A stretch of 64,000 nucleotides of DNA. Origin: Nemertoderma westbladi. Taxonomy: Eukaryota; Animalia; Xenacoelomorpha. Of the stretch, positions 47,076 to 60,300 are shown piece after piece; the stretch's first letter is position 1; each line of letters opens with the position of its first letter. The notes beneath the pieces are model-generated. The model did not search any database. It was not told the origin of the DNA and saw only the letters and a program-made list of their open reading frames with translations. The stretch spans positions 1 to 64,000 of the forward strand of contig JAUCBJ010007962.1 in NCBI GenBank assembly GCA_032718475.1. Reading direction: 5' to 3'. Made by a program: the position numbers and the translations under genes.

Positions 47076-48259
47076 CAGGAACCAGTGATTAGAACATTTT
47101 TTCACTAACTTTTTTCGCTATCGTTTTGAGAGCAGGACTGTACGCTTACCATACCATCTTATAAATTTCAGATATGCAACACATAATTATTGTCACCTAT
47201 GTGGAGGTTCCGCGGAGGAGGCTCCGTGTAGCCTCCGCATATGCATTAATGCAAGACTCTACTTACAACTTATATATCAGAACAATAATAATAATACTGT
47301 TAGACTGTACGTTTTAAAAATGTTAATACTGTACCGGTACCGTTATATTACTTTACTACTGTCATTTGGAGTCTAATTTCTACTAACTACGGCAGATTTA
47401 CTTCATATTACAGTATTATACCAGTATACATACATACACGCCACTCTGATGACAAAAGCTGTAATTAAACTTATTGCTAACACTGAAACAGTAAACAATC
47501 AAAAATAGACAATTTTGGTATACTGGGAGCGAAACTTGTTTTCTTATAACGGTGATATATGGTTCCAAATATAATACCCATGTGTGAAATATTTTTATTT
47601 TTCAATATTTTAATCTCATTCCACTGTGCTTCAAAATTATGACTTTAACAAATATTTAGGTCAATAAAAAACAGTCATGATGACATGACTACAAATACAT
47701 TAAGATGACAAGTGATGGCATTGTACAATAGACAACACTCCTTCACAAGGTTACAGAAGGTTACGAAGCTATATAGCTCATCCGTCAATGAAAGTTATAT
47801 CAATCGACACAGCGCAACCCCAGGATGTGGAAAAAAGTTTAGAAAAAATTTATTAAAGTTTCTTTTATTTATTTGGAAAAATAGCCCCATTGACGAAAAT
47901 TGCCATAGACTCAACAATAGAAACACCAGCTGCTCGGTACTCATGAGGGCCTAGTAAGCTACTACTATTGATTGAATGGATAGGCCCAAACTGCAGAGAA
48001 GTATATTACTTGCCAAGTTTGTGTGCCATTATATTATTGTAATATAGTAGGCCTATACATGTTATTGTAGTAGTTTGTAATATATTATCCCACCAGCTGA
48101 ATAGCTCTTCCCAGTTTGCCAACTAATTTATTTTAGTATAGTAGTAGGCCTATACATGATATTGTAGCTCTAGCCAATCAGAGAGCTAAATGCCGCACTT
48201 TTTATCCAAAAATCTGTCGGAAAAATTGAGAGACTGGAAAGAAGCTAAGAGCTAAGCTC

Positions 48260-49145
48260 AATAACGGGTAAAAATATCTAGAGTAAAAATAACGAGTGTT
48301 GAAAATTAATGTGTTTAAAAAATATCGAGAGTAAAAATAACGCGAAATGAAAAATATCGAAAATAACGAGTGTTGAAAAATATCGAGTTTTGACAAATAT
48401 CGAGATTAAAAATCGAGTGTTGAAAAATATCGAGAGTAAAAATATTGCATTTTGCTTGAGCTTTTTATTTAGAATTATGGAACAATATTTCAGTGCATGG
48501 ATTACAACAGTGCAAGTGCAAGTAAATTGCATTAATACACATTAGGTACCCATTCACCAGATTTATTATACTAGCTAGTTTTTGTTATTTTTATAATAAA
48601 TATTATAGAATAAGTGCTAGCTATCAATTTTGATAAATATTTTTATTTTTATTTATAAATGTTATAGAACAGTGTAATCTACCAATGTTGATAAATATTT
48701 TTTGTTCTAGAACACATTTTTTATTTCTAGAACATTTTTAGGAAAATAATTAGCCCTTATTTAACAACCCTTATTTAAAAAAATTGTTACTATCGATATT
48801 TTTACTCTCGATATTTAACACTCTATATTTTTTTCAACACTCGATATTTTTACTCTCTATATTTTTCAACACTCGATATTTTTACTCTCGATATTTTTCA
48901 ACACTCGATATTTTTACTCTCGATATTTTTACTCTCGATATTTTTCAACACTCGGTATTTTTACTCTCGATATTTTTACCCTCGATATTTTTACTCTGGA
49001 TATTTTTTGAACTCTCGATATTTTTACTCTCGATATTTTTACTCTCGATATTTTTACTCTCGATATTTTTTGAACTCTCGACATTATCGTTATTTTTCAA
49101 CACTCGATATTTTTACTCACGTTATTTTTACTCTCGATATTTTTC
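48260..49145. mobile_element. Foldback-like element whose inverted arms are built from ~15-bp tandem units
   Basis: Left arm (AAAAATATCGAGAGT)n ~48260-48445; right arm (ACTCTCGATATTTTT)n ~48790-49145; AT-rich spacer. Confidence 0.7.
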
Positions 49146-49179
49146 ATGTCAATACATTTTTCAATATAACCGCAGAATG

Positions 49180-51400
49180 TCGCTGCTGAGAGAGCATTCT
49201 GTAAACATATGCTGATGACAGGGAACGTATCGGCAGCAGTAGAATCACTCGATGAGATGGCAAAAGATCGGGTGTTAAACCTCAAAGAGGTAATCACAGA
49301 CAAAAACGGAACAAAGAAATCAGTCCGCGAGTTCCTTCTAGACAAACACCCGCAACCAACTCCAGCTGGTAAATCGATTTTGCTGGATGTTTTCAACCAG
49401 CCCAGAATACCATAATGTAATCTTCGAGAAAATTGACGCCCAACTTATTCAGGTGATGTACCTTTGATTTCGGGGTACTGCAGATGGACGCTCAGGGCTA
49501 GACATCCAAGGGTGGAAACATGTCACCCAGTTCCACAACCCATCCATTGATCTTTGTGCCAGTATCGCCAATGCAGCCAAGAAGATCGCTCAGATGGAGT
49601 TAAACCCATTCGAGTTATTGTCTGTCTTGTCAGGCCGATTGATCGTGATCAACAAATGCCCTGGCATCCACCCAATTGGGATTGGCAAGGCGCTACGGAG
49701 GGTTATCAGAAAATCAATTATCAACTGTATCTCTGATGACCTCCAGACTGTCGACGGCACAACCCAGCTCTGTTGTGGTCAGAAGGCAGGCATCGAGCAC
49801 GCCATCCACAGCCTAAACGAGACACATTTAAGACTGACAACTGCGAGGCTGTGCTCCAGGTTGATGTGAATAACGCATTCAACTCACTGCACCACTCAGC
49901 AGCAATTCAGAACATCCGCTATGTCTGTCCTTCCCTCCACGTCGAACTGTTACTCTCTGCCAACAAAACTTTACATCAGTGGAGAGTATATCCTATTAGT
50001 GGAAGGATCAACCGAAGCTGACCCCATCTCGATCCCAATGTTAGCTATGGGGATGCTCACCATTAATCGGAGAGTTGAACAACGCATCTGAGACCCATCA
50101 GAAGTGGTACGCTGATGACGCAAATGCAGTGAGCTCATTGGTGAAACTCATAAAGTTTCCCAGTCCCATGTCTAGCATTACAGGGACCACTAAATGGCTA
50201 CCATCCCACCAAGTACCATCTGTCAGTAAAGCCCGGGAGGTTGGAGGAGGCACGGCAGGTGTTTCCAAGGACTGCTTCACCATTGGAACCAATGGGAACG
50301 GATTCAATTTGAAAGAATTCATTGGTCATCTGCAGCGGCTCAGTGCGGTCGCTACAGTTGACCCGCACTGTGCATACGTCGGACTTGCCATAGGATTGGT
50401 CGCTAGTTCGAGGTACATCACCTGAGTTGTCCCTGGACCGATACACTTCTTTGGCAAACTCGAGGAATCTGTATGTATGTTTCTTCAGGGTCTCACTAAA
50501 CAACCTTGTTTAACCAAATAAAAGCATGAACTATTCTCACTGCTGTTTCATCATGGGGCTTAGCCATCCCAACACCAACGGATCTGGAAGTACAAAATTC
50601 AAATTATAGATTAATCTGCGAACCCTATACCGAACTGGAAAACCCAGCCACCATAAGAGAGGCCTATCAACAAATCTCGACTGGTATAAAGGCCAGTGTG
50701 GTTGCTTTACTAAAGAAGAAATAGATACGGTGGGCAGCAACTTAACTGAGCAGAAACATAAGTTGAGGGAGTTGATCGCTGAACCCGGAGCCTCGGCTAG
50801 GCTGTAACCCGCCATGATATCCATCTCACTATGGAGGAGTTTCGCGATGCATTGTGTTTGCGTTATGGGTGGCAACTAGAGTCACTTCCAGCCCATTGTG
50901 CCTGTGGCGCATGATTTTCCATTAACCATATCTTGCCTTGTCCCACTGGCAGGTTATCCATCTATAAGGCGCAATGATCTTTGGGATTTTGTCACCACCA
51001 CCCTAACAGAAGTCACTCATAATGTAACCATCGAACCTCACTTGCAACTGATCTCCAGCATGCATTTCATCCATGCGTCCACCTCTGTGGAACAACAAGC
51101 CTGGTTGGATGTTTCGGTCTCTGGTTTCTGGGGGCCGGAAGATGCCAGAAGATGTTTATAGACGTCTCCATCTTCAACCCCCTCACTCTGACGAATGCAG
51201 CCATGGTTATTGATGCCACCCACGTGTTCCATGAGAACTGGAAGCGCACCAAGTATCTGGAGTGGATTCGCGAGGTCAAGCATGCGACATTTATGCCGCT
51301 AATCTTCTCTGCATTTGGGGGTATCTCACCCTGCTCCATGTTCCAACTCCCTGGCGAACAAATCATATACGAACATGTCAGGCTGAGGACCAGGGCAGCA
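49180..51400 (+). mobile_element. Degenerate CRE-clade-like non-LTR retrotransposon (RT, Zn finger, restriction-like endonuclease)
   Basis: GRLIVINKCPGIHPIGIGKALRR, QLCCGQKAGIEHAIH, DVNNAFNSL, WYADD, FRDALCLRYG, LDVSVSGFWG, FIDVSIFNP. Confidence 0.8.
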
Positions 51401-51919
51401 GAAAAAAGTAAAGTAAATTTTCTTTGGCCGCTTGGCCAGGGATTACGCAGAAAGTCTGACGACTTATTTCCAGTGCGGTCCCCCCACAACTTTAATCCCC
51501 AGAGGAAACTCTAGTACTCATTTAGCTACCACTTAAGGATGCAAGGCAGAGATGTGCCCTGGCTGGTCCCTTTCAAGCATTCGTGCCAAAACGAAAACTG
51601 CCCTGGCCCATGTGAGGATCAAACCCACGACCTACAGGAGATGTGAATTTAATGCAACCACTACACCAAGGTGCAACCTCAAGGTGGAACGTCTAGGACT
51701 GTAGGAAAGTAAAAAATCATTTTAAATTTCCCCTCTTTTTGATATTATTCTTATATGTAAAACTCAAAGTTAACCTCGGTGGTGGGCTTTTCATTTTGTA
51801 TGCAGTGTATTTTTATATTATCTGTGATAGAATAATTAAGTTGTGATTTTTAAGCGAGTTGCGCTATATGGAACTCTATCCATTATAAAAAAAAATTCTT
51901 TATTTAAAAAATTCACAAT

Positions 51920-52240
51920 TAGGTACTGTATGTGCGTATTCTTTGCTAGTATGATGTCAAACGAGGACATAAGAGTATTATTAATCGAGTAGGTAATGTA
52001 TGTGATATAATTATTGCTGTATTAGGAATCGCATCTTCTTCATATGAGGGGTAAAGTGCTTCAGTTCATTCCAAATCTGCCTCCTTCCAGTTGGTGAATG
52101 ACTTGAATTTTCACAACTCAGTGCAATGAAGTTTGATTTGTAGGCAGATACGTGTTGGTGTTTTACATGACTTAGTACAATTGATGATGGAGCTTGTAGA
52201 ACATGTATCCAGTCAGGTATTACCAGATCGTCCTCTTCCT
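51920..52240 (-). repeat. Inverted copy of the Academ-like 3' segment at ~55378-55695
   Basis: Reverse-complement match, e.g. TTCAGTTCATTCCAAATCTGCCTCCTTCCAGTTGGTGAAT. Confidence 0.85.
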
Positions 52241-53032
52241 CTCTGGATACATAGTGGGTGTGGTAATACTTGAACGAGTTACTTGTACTACTGATGTCGG
52301 CAGTTTTCCTAACTAGGATCTTTGAGGAAAACTAACTGAGTTCATCTTGACTCTCACATATATTCAAACATTGATATAAATGTAAGTAGCAGACAGATAA
52401 CCAGTTAATGCCTCAAAGTCCAGGCTCAAGTGAACCGTTTATCACAAATAAGTCAGTAGTTAATATTTGTTTGTCTTATTGCTCTACACTGTATACAACT
52501 ACGGGCTCGTTATCTTAATTAAGATACAAGCAACACTGAATGATATTATGGTATACCATACATGAACTATTACCATTAGGAAGAATAGACAAAGCAGCTG
52601 GTCTAGCCTGAATGGTATGTAATTAGCTGCCACTAATAAAGTTAGAAAGCGGCAGATTGGGTGTTGAAATTTGTTTGTAAGCCACTGAATATTATCTTCT
52701 TCCTGTAGGTAATGATAGAATAATTGGGATAACATAGGGCTTCCCCATTGGTTCTATGTACACTAATACAATGCAGAAATTGGGGATGGCATAGGGACGT
52801 CCCTACTGATGTCCTATGTACACTGGTCAAGCAACCAGCATTGTAACCAATAGCAAAAACAAAAACTAGATCATGTATGTGTAATATTAAATGTATTATA
52901 TTATCTATTCTGTCTGTTTCGTGTCACTTTAAACTGTATATTTTTTGCTGGACTTAATGGCTTTCCTGTGGCGTACTTTCAATATTATTATTTACCCCAT
53001 TTAGTCAATAAATAAATAAAATAAATAAATAT

Positions 53033-55695
53033 GTGGCATTCATATATGATAATGAGGGTGTTGGCAATAAGGATACAAATCTAGGCCATCATGACCTTCA
53101 ACAAACTCGAATTATAAGGGACCAAAACGATATAAAAGTCTTACAGACTATACTAACTGATGCATGGATTATACCATGGACTGTAGAAGATCCCAAATTG
53201 ATCTATCTACTGGGTTGGTTTCTCCAATCGACGTTACTAAAGATCTTCTTCAAGCTAGAAGTGTTGGGGCTAAAAGTGTTATTTATAACATCCAAAGAAA
53301 GTTGTTTCCAACTTACAGAACACCATTTACATCCTGTTGAATAATAACAATGCAACCATGAGGAGGCTGGCACTCTTGTAATTCTCCATGCTCTTCATGC
53401 AGCACAAAATGGATCAAAGGTTGCATTCTGTGATGCCCCAAAATGCCAGGTTTATCATAAATGTGGATCTCTAAATATAATAACATATTGTAACATAAAC
53501 AATATATTATCTGACTTATCATTTTACATGGTAGAGGCAAACTTGTTGCTTTTAATTTAGCAAAGAACAATATTGATAAATATCTAGAGGTGCTAAGTGT
53601 TCTTGGCGAACTTTAGCAACTATCAGAATCCATATCTAGAGATTTAGAATGTTTTATATGCCAATTATATCTCAGGTGGTCAGATATTAATAACATTAAC
53701 GAGTTTTTTAGTATTTTCTTTTCATATCAAAAGTGGAGAAATTGAGTCAACCTTGCTGCCTGCCACGTTGTAAGGATTATTTATATTTACACCAATCCAG
53801 AGCCAGTCCAGAGCCAATCCAGAGCCAACTACCAAGCTTATATTTGTTATATTATAAGTTATTACGACAGCAGGCAATCATCCCAGGCATGGAAATCGAT
53901 CAACTTGCTTACTGAGAGGAAAAGCCAACCAACCACCAAGGTTAAGGCTGAATCACCAGCCGATCGACTCAATGGTTGGAAGGCCCACTTTGAAAAGCTC
54001 CTCAATAATGACAGGGTATTGCCTGATAACTTTATAGAAGTAAAAGTGTCTGAGTCTGTACTCCCAGACATTCCCATTGGCGATATCTCCTTTGCAGAAG
54101 TGAAGGCTGCTGCAAAGAGCATTAAGACCAATCGTTCCAGTGGAGTAGATGGTGTTCCCCCTGAGGTCTTTAAAATACCTGAGCGTTTAAAGCTCATCTA
54201 TCCCATCATAGTAGACATATACCAAACAACAAGAGTCCCACAAGAAATGAAAACGAAGAAGTTGGTGCCAATACCAAACAACAAGAGTCCCACAAGAAAT
54301 GAAAACGAAGAAGTTGGTGCCAGTTCCCAAGAAAGGCAACCTAACACTCTATGGTTCTTTTCGGGGAATCACATTGATCTCGATTGCTGCAAAGCTATAC
54401 AATATAATTATATTAAATCGCATCAGGGATCCCATTGAGAGACTGCTCCGTGGAAATCAGAATGGGTTCCGTAAAGGTCGTGGGACCATGGAGCATATTT
54501 TGGCACTTAGAAGGATAATTGAAGAGTTATCAAAAAAGAAAGACAGGCATCTGGCTGTTATCTTTGTTGACTTCTTTAAGGCCTTTGATTCAGTCTCCCG
54601 CTCACGTATGTTCAGCATACTTTCATTATATGGGATTCCTGATGAAATTATTGCAGCAATCAGATCAGTATACGATGATGGTTCGACAACATTTGTGTCT
54701 ACTGTTGATGGTGACACAGAACCATTTGAAGTGTTATGGGGCGTCCTCCAGGGAGACACACTTGCACCATTCTTGTTCATAATTGTGGTTGACTATGTTC
54801 TACGCATGTTCTACGCATGATGATGGGGAATTAAGAATCGAGAATTAATCGGAAACTTAAGGTCTGATCATTTATAGCAGCAGTAGTTCCAGTACTCCTC
54901 TATGGGAGTCCATGCTGGGCTCTAACTGCTGAGGACACCAAATCTCTGGATGGCACATTCAAAAGAATGCTACGCCGGGTTCATTGTGTCAATTACAATG
55001 CACACATCTCCAACCGGTCACTATATAACATTGGAGGTGTCTCATTGGTTCCCTCAAGCTTGACACTAGCTTCGCCGTGAGGACCAGCCAGTGCGTAATC
55101 TTGTACTTTGGCAGCCTCATTGACTGTATAAGCATGGTGGACAGCCCATGACTTTCTTGAGACGCATCTTAAAGGACTTGAAGATGCGGATGATCTAGCA
55201 AATGTCATGGGTGATAGGGAGTTGTGGCGGCGCAATTTTCTCGACAAGCTGGCACAGCATTCTTAAAAATGCAGCTGCAATGCAGCATGCCGATCATAGT
55301 AGTAGTAGTAGTGGAAAAAGTGTAGTACCCATCGTCAATGTTCCTTCTCGCATAGGTCTGGGATGGCTGTTTTGGAAAAGGAGGATATGGTAATACCTGA
55401 CTGCATGCATGTTCTACCAGCTCCATCATCAATTCTCTCTCTATATATCTATGCTGTATTGCAATTGTACTGTACTATTGCAAATAACAAACTTCATTGC
55501 ACGGAGTTCTGCAAATTCAAGTATTCACCAACTGGAAGGAGGCAGATTTGGAATGAACTGAAGCACTTGACCCCTCATATGAAGAAGATGCTATTCCTAA
55601 TACAGCTATAATTGTATCACATACATTACCTACTCGATTAAGTATACTCTATTTCCTCGTATGACATCATACCAGCTATGAATACATACATACCT
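53033..55695 (+). mobile_element. Degenerate Academ(X)-like DNA transposon relic (XPG-like nuclease and Cys-rich tail), split by a LINE
   Basis: HHDLQQTRIIRDQNDI; CNHEEAGTLVILHA (~53351, HEEADT-like); DLECFICQLY; RANYQAYI; after the LINE, LPAPSSIL...KLHCTEFCK. Confidence 0.55.
53875..55312 (+). mobile_element. RTE-like LINE, 5'-truncated and internally deleted, with (TAG)n tail
   Basis: SSGVDGVPPEVFK, FRGITLISIAAKLY, QNGFRKGRG, FVDFFKAFDSV, GVLQGDTLAPFLF, then a jump to the C-terminal region; AGTAGTAGT tail. Confidence 0.88.
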
Positions 55696-56882
55696 TATTA
55701 TGTATTATTTTATTATTATTAAATGAAGAGGATTTAATATTCAAAAATGTAATTATTGAGGGAATCATCTTTGCAGAAATTATCTAGGAATAATCATGAT
55801 AAACAGATACATTAAAGTTAATACTAAACGAGTGTCAAGTTATATATTTGACATTATGTATCTGAGTCATCTTCAATTGCATCTGTAGTGGTGTTCATGG
55901 TAACCTGTGGAGGAGTGTTGTCTGAAATGCCAATTAGATTTCACTTGTCATCTTAAAGTAATTGTAGTTACATCACGATTGTTTTTTATTGACATAAATA
56001 TTTGTTAAAGTCATTATTTTGAAACAGAGTGGAATGAGATTAAAATGATGAAAAATAAAAATATTTCACACATGGGTATTATGTTTGGAACCATATATCA
56101 CCGTTATAACAAAACAGGTTTCGCTCTCAGTATACCAAAATTTTCCAAAACGAATATTCAACAAAATGTTAGCAATGTCTAGAATGTTAGCTATTTTTCT
56201 AAAACATGCCAGTTTTCATATAGCAGCGCTCCCATGGCAACACTAATTATATTCTAGAATTTTATGACACATTTAGAATTGTAAGACCAGTAGCTATCTT
56301 TTTCAAAAGACGCAAAGAATATATATAGAATTCTTAGAATATTACAACCTGTTTGTTATTTTGCCATTTCCATGACAACCGATGATAACACCTGACACCT
56401 GATAATACCAGCTACCGATTCAGATTTGTTATCCTATCAAAAGGAATGGCCAAAAGTTAGGTCTTCCCAAAAATATAAGTTCCATGTGGTTACCAAAAAG
56501 TATCCCCTATGCTGTCTGTCCCATGGACTAAATAATATTTTCGAAGTATTTCGTGACCTTTCGAGTGTTTACAACACTAGGCCCTTAAGGGCCCTGAAAT
56601 CCATTTTAGGTGTTGATACGTATTTTTACACGGTTTATGTAAGTGTTGGTACATGGCCTACTTAAATAGGCCATATATTTAAGTAGGCCATGGTTGGTAC
56701 TTTCGAAGTATTTACCATAAAACTTAATTTCTGTTCTTTAAAATGTGTATATATATAACAATATCAAATATATTTAATTTTATTTTACATTTTTTCTAGG
56801 TTAGTCCTAAAGCTTACTTCCACCAGTGTATATAATTAGTGCAGCTTGAAATGTTTAATTTAACAATATTTTATTATTGCAG

Positions 56883-56989
56883 TTGTCAAAATGTTGGGAC
56901 AGCATGTTCTGCAGCTGATTTCATCGTTACTGATTCTTTAGAAAATGGTCTCTGCTATACGTATCCTGGCAGAAATATTACAACTGCAG
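56883..56989 (+). CDS. Probable internal exon of a DEG/ENaC (ASIC-like) channel gene
   Basis: TTATTATTGCAG acceptor and GT donor; peptide CQNVGTACSAADFIVTDSLENGLCYTYPGRNITTAG fits the C-x-x-x-G-x-x-CS-x-x-DF...G-x-CYT(F/Y) extracellular motif. Confidence 0.65.
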
Positions 56990-57331
56990 GTTATATAATA
57001 TTTTATCATATTGTAATGTTGATAAATTTTATTCCAAACATAAACAAAACATAGCCTGTTTGTTCTACAATGGCTTGAAATGTAGAATAATCGCATATAT
57101 TCAATAAATAAATGAAACATGATTGGCGCAAGTGTGTGGTTCAGCTTCAAAGTGGATAGTTATGTAGTTATAGTTGTGTCTATTCCTCATCCTCATACCA
57201 TGACACCACATAGCACTTAGCTTCCTGATGAAGCCGGATAATCAGCTGACCATTGATGCAATGTTATTGTCATATACCTACCAGGAAGTTTTTTCTTCTT
57301 GCTTGACTAATAAATAAATAAATTATAACTA

Positions 57332-60300
57332 CTAGAAAGGCATTTCCTAAAGGAAATGCAACCACGAAGCTAAGGAAAATTAAACACACTTTGACTCATC
57401 AGTTCATTGGTACTAGTTAAAAGTCATATGTCTTAATACAACTCCCATCACCATGGCAACTGGAGTTTTCTAGAACTGCTCGGTTTTACATGAGGATCCA
57501 GTTTGTAGTTCCGTGACACAAATTGACTTCAAGGAAGTTTCATTGAGTAGTTGATGTCCAAAATTAAGGATGTATTTGTTAAAACATCAGTTTGCAGTGG
57601 TTGTCTTGGAAACTGATAAATATTAAAACGTTAATTGGATGCAGAATAAGTGATATAGTGGGGGTAGCGGTTGGTCCCAAGTCGTAATATCTTAATGTTA
57701 TGGCTTAAGTAATTATTTTATAAAGTTGAACATCTGTTTAACCTGGTTGCCTGTTAACTGAATTTTTTAATTGACCTCAATAAGCGCAACTATTGTCCTT
57801 ATAATTGAGTTGAAAAACTTCAAGTTTCGATCTATTATTATTAATTGAGTTGAAAAACTTCAAGTTTCGATCTATTATGGTTGTTGTACAAATAGAGTTA
57901 AAAATATAGACTTTAATGTAATAGAAATGATTTTAATAAACTCCAGTTACCAGGGTAACTAGATATTTCTAGAAGTTTTGAGTTTTTCAAAAAGTTCCAA
58001 ATAGGAGTCCAGATAACACATACCCAGTTTCAGAGAATGTTATCGTTTAGTCTATCTACAAAATTAACAATTTTTGTGTCAAAACATATGTTTTCAGCGG
58101 TTGCCATGGAAACTGAAAAATAGAACAACGTAATTCGGATGCAGAATAAGTTATATAGAGGGGGTAGGGATTGGTCCCATGTCATAATACCTTTAACTTT
58201 TGCTAAAAATTATCATTTTATAAATTTGAACATCTGTTTAGCCTGGTTGCCATGGTATAGTTTATATCTAAGTTTATATCTATTACGGTTTTTCTACAAA
58301 TGGAGTTATGAATATAGACTTGAATGATATAATCTGTAATAAACTCCAGTTACCACGGTAACTAGATATTTCAGGAATGTTTTGAGTTCCACTAAAAGTT
58401 CCAACTAGTTGTCCAGATAACACATACCCAGTTTTGTAAAATTTTATCGCGAAGTCTATGTCCAAATGAGTTATTTTTGTATAGAAACATCTGTTTTCAG
58501 CGGTTGTCATGGTAACTGCAAAACAGAACAATGAAATTTGGACGCAGAATAAGTTATATTGTAGGGGTAGGGATTGGTTCCAAGTCATAACACCTTCTCC
58601 TTAGGCTGCAAATTAACATTTTATAAATTTTAACATCTGTTTATCCCGGTTGCCAAGGTAACTGGATTTTCAATTTAAACTCAATCGGCTCTGCTATGGA
58701 CCTTATAATTGAGTTGAGAAACCCCAAGTTTATATCTATTGTAGTTTTCTTACAAATAGAGTTATAAATATTGATTGATTTTTCCTGGATATGAGACCCA
58801 GCACAAAAGATGCTCCTCGACGAGTAGTATATACATGCAAAATTTCAGGGTGCTTTTAAAGGCTAGTTTTATCCCCGGTCAAAAAAAACTAATCTGCCCC
58901 ATACAAGTAAAAGGGCCCACTATGAATAGACCATCTCAGCTAAGGAAAATATTTCTTAGCGGAAGTAGTTCATTTTCCTTAGCTTCGTGGATTTTTACGA
59001 GAAAGGCATTTCCTAAAGGAAATGCAACCACGAAGCTAAGGAAAATTAAACAAACGGCCACACTTTGGTTCGTTGCTTAGCCTCGTTTAGTAGCATTTGT
59101 CAATAAATTAACTTCTATTCCCATGGAAACTAGAGTTCTCTGGAACTGTTGCTTTAACCTTTGAAAAAAAAATCAGTACAGATTGTGGTTCAGATAACAC
59201 ATATACTGAGTTTCAGAAAATATTGTAGTTTATGTCCAAATTACCGATTTTCTATCAAAATGCATCTGTTTGCAGTGGTTGTCATGGAAACTGAAAAATA
59301 GAACAAGGTAATTCGGATGCAGAATAAGTCATATAGTGGGGGTAGGGGTTAGTCCCAAGTCATAATACTATTAACTTGTACTTCAAATTATCATTTTATA
59401 AATTTTAACATCTGTTCAGACTTGTTGCTATGGTAACTGTATTTTCTAATTAGCCTCAAACGGCTTGGATATGGATCTTATAGATGAGTTGCAAAACCCC
59501 AAGTTTATATATATTACAGTTTTGCTACAAATAGAGTTATCAATATAGACTTGAGAATGATATAGAGTTTAATAAACTACAGTTACCATGGTAACTAAAT
59601 TTCTGGAATAATTTAAGTTTCACTAAAAGTTCCAACTAGTGGTCCAGATAACACATACCCAGTTTTGTAAAATTTTATCGCGAAGTCTATGTCCAAATGA
59701 ATAATTTTTGTATAAAAACATCTGTTTTCTGCGGTTGTCATGGTAACTGAAAAATAGAACAATGTAATTCGGATGCAGAATAAGTTATATAGTGGGGGTA
59801 AGGGTTGGTCCCAAGTCATAACACCTTGCCCTTAGGCCTCAAATTTACATTTTATAAATTTTAACATCTGTTTATCCCGGTTGCCAAGGTAACTGGATTT
59901 TCTATTTAGCCTCAATCGGATCTGCTATGGACCTTATAGTTGTGTTGCGAATCCCCAAGTTTATATCTATTATAGTTTTCCTACAAATAGAGTTATAAAT
60001 ATTGACTTGAAATACATAGACTTTTTTTGAAGTCCGTTGCCATGGAAACCAGATTTTTCCTGGATATGAGACCCGGCCCAAAAGATGCGCCTCGCCGAGT
60101 AGTATATACATGAAAAATTTCAGGGTACTTTTAAAGGCTAGTTTTTTCCCCGGTCAAAAAAAACCAAATCTGCTCCATACAATTAAAATAGCCCACTATG
60201 AATAGACCATCTCAGCTAAGGAAAATCGTTCTTAGCGAAAGTAGTTGATTTTCCTTAGCTTCGTGGATTAATGTGAGAAAAGAATCACTTTGCAGGATTA

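Noticed and set aside
48784-49215. Hydrophobic repeat protein (SIFLL)n
   Set aside because: Translation of the 15-bp tandem repeat arm of the foldback element.
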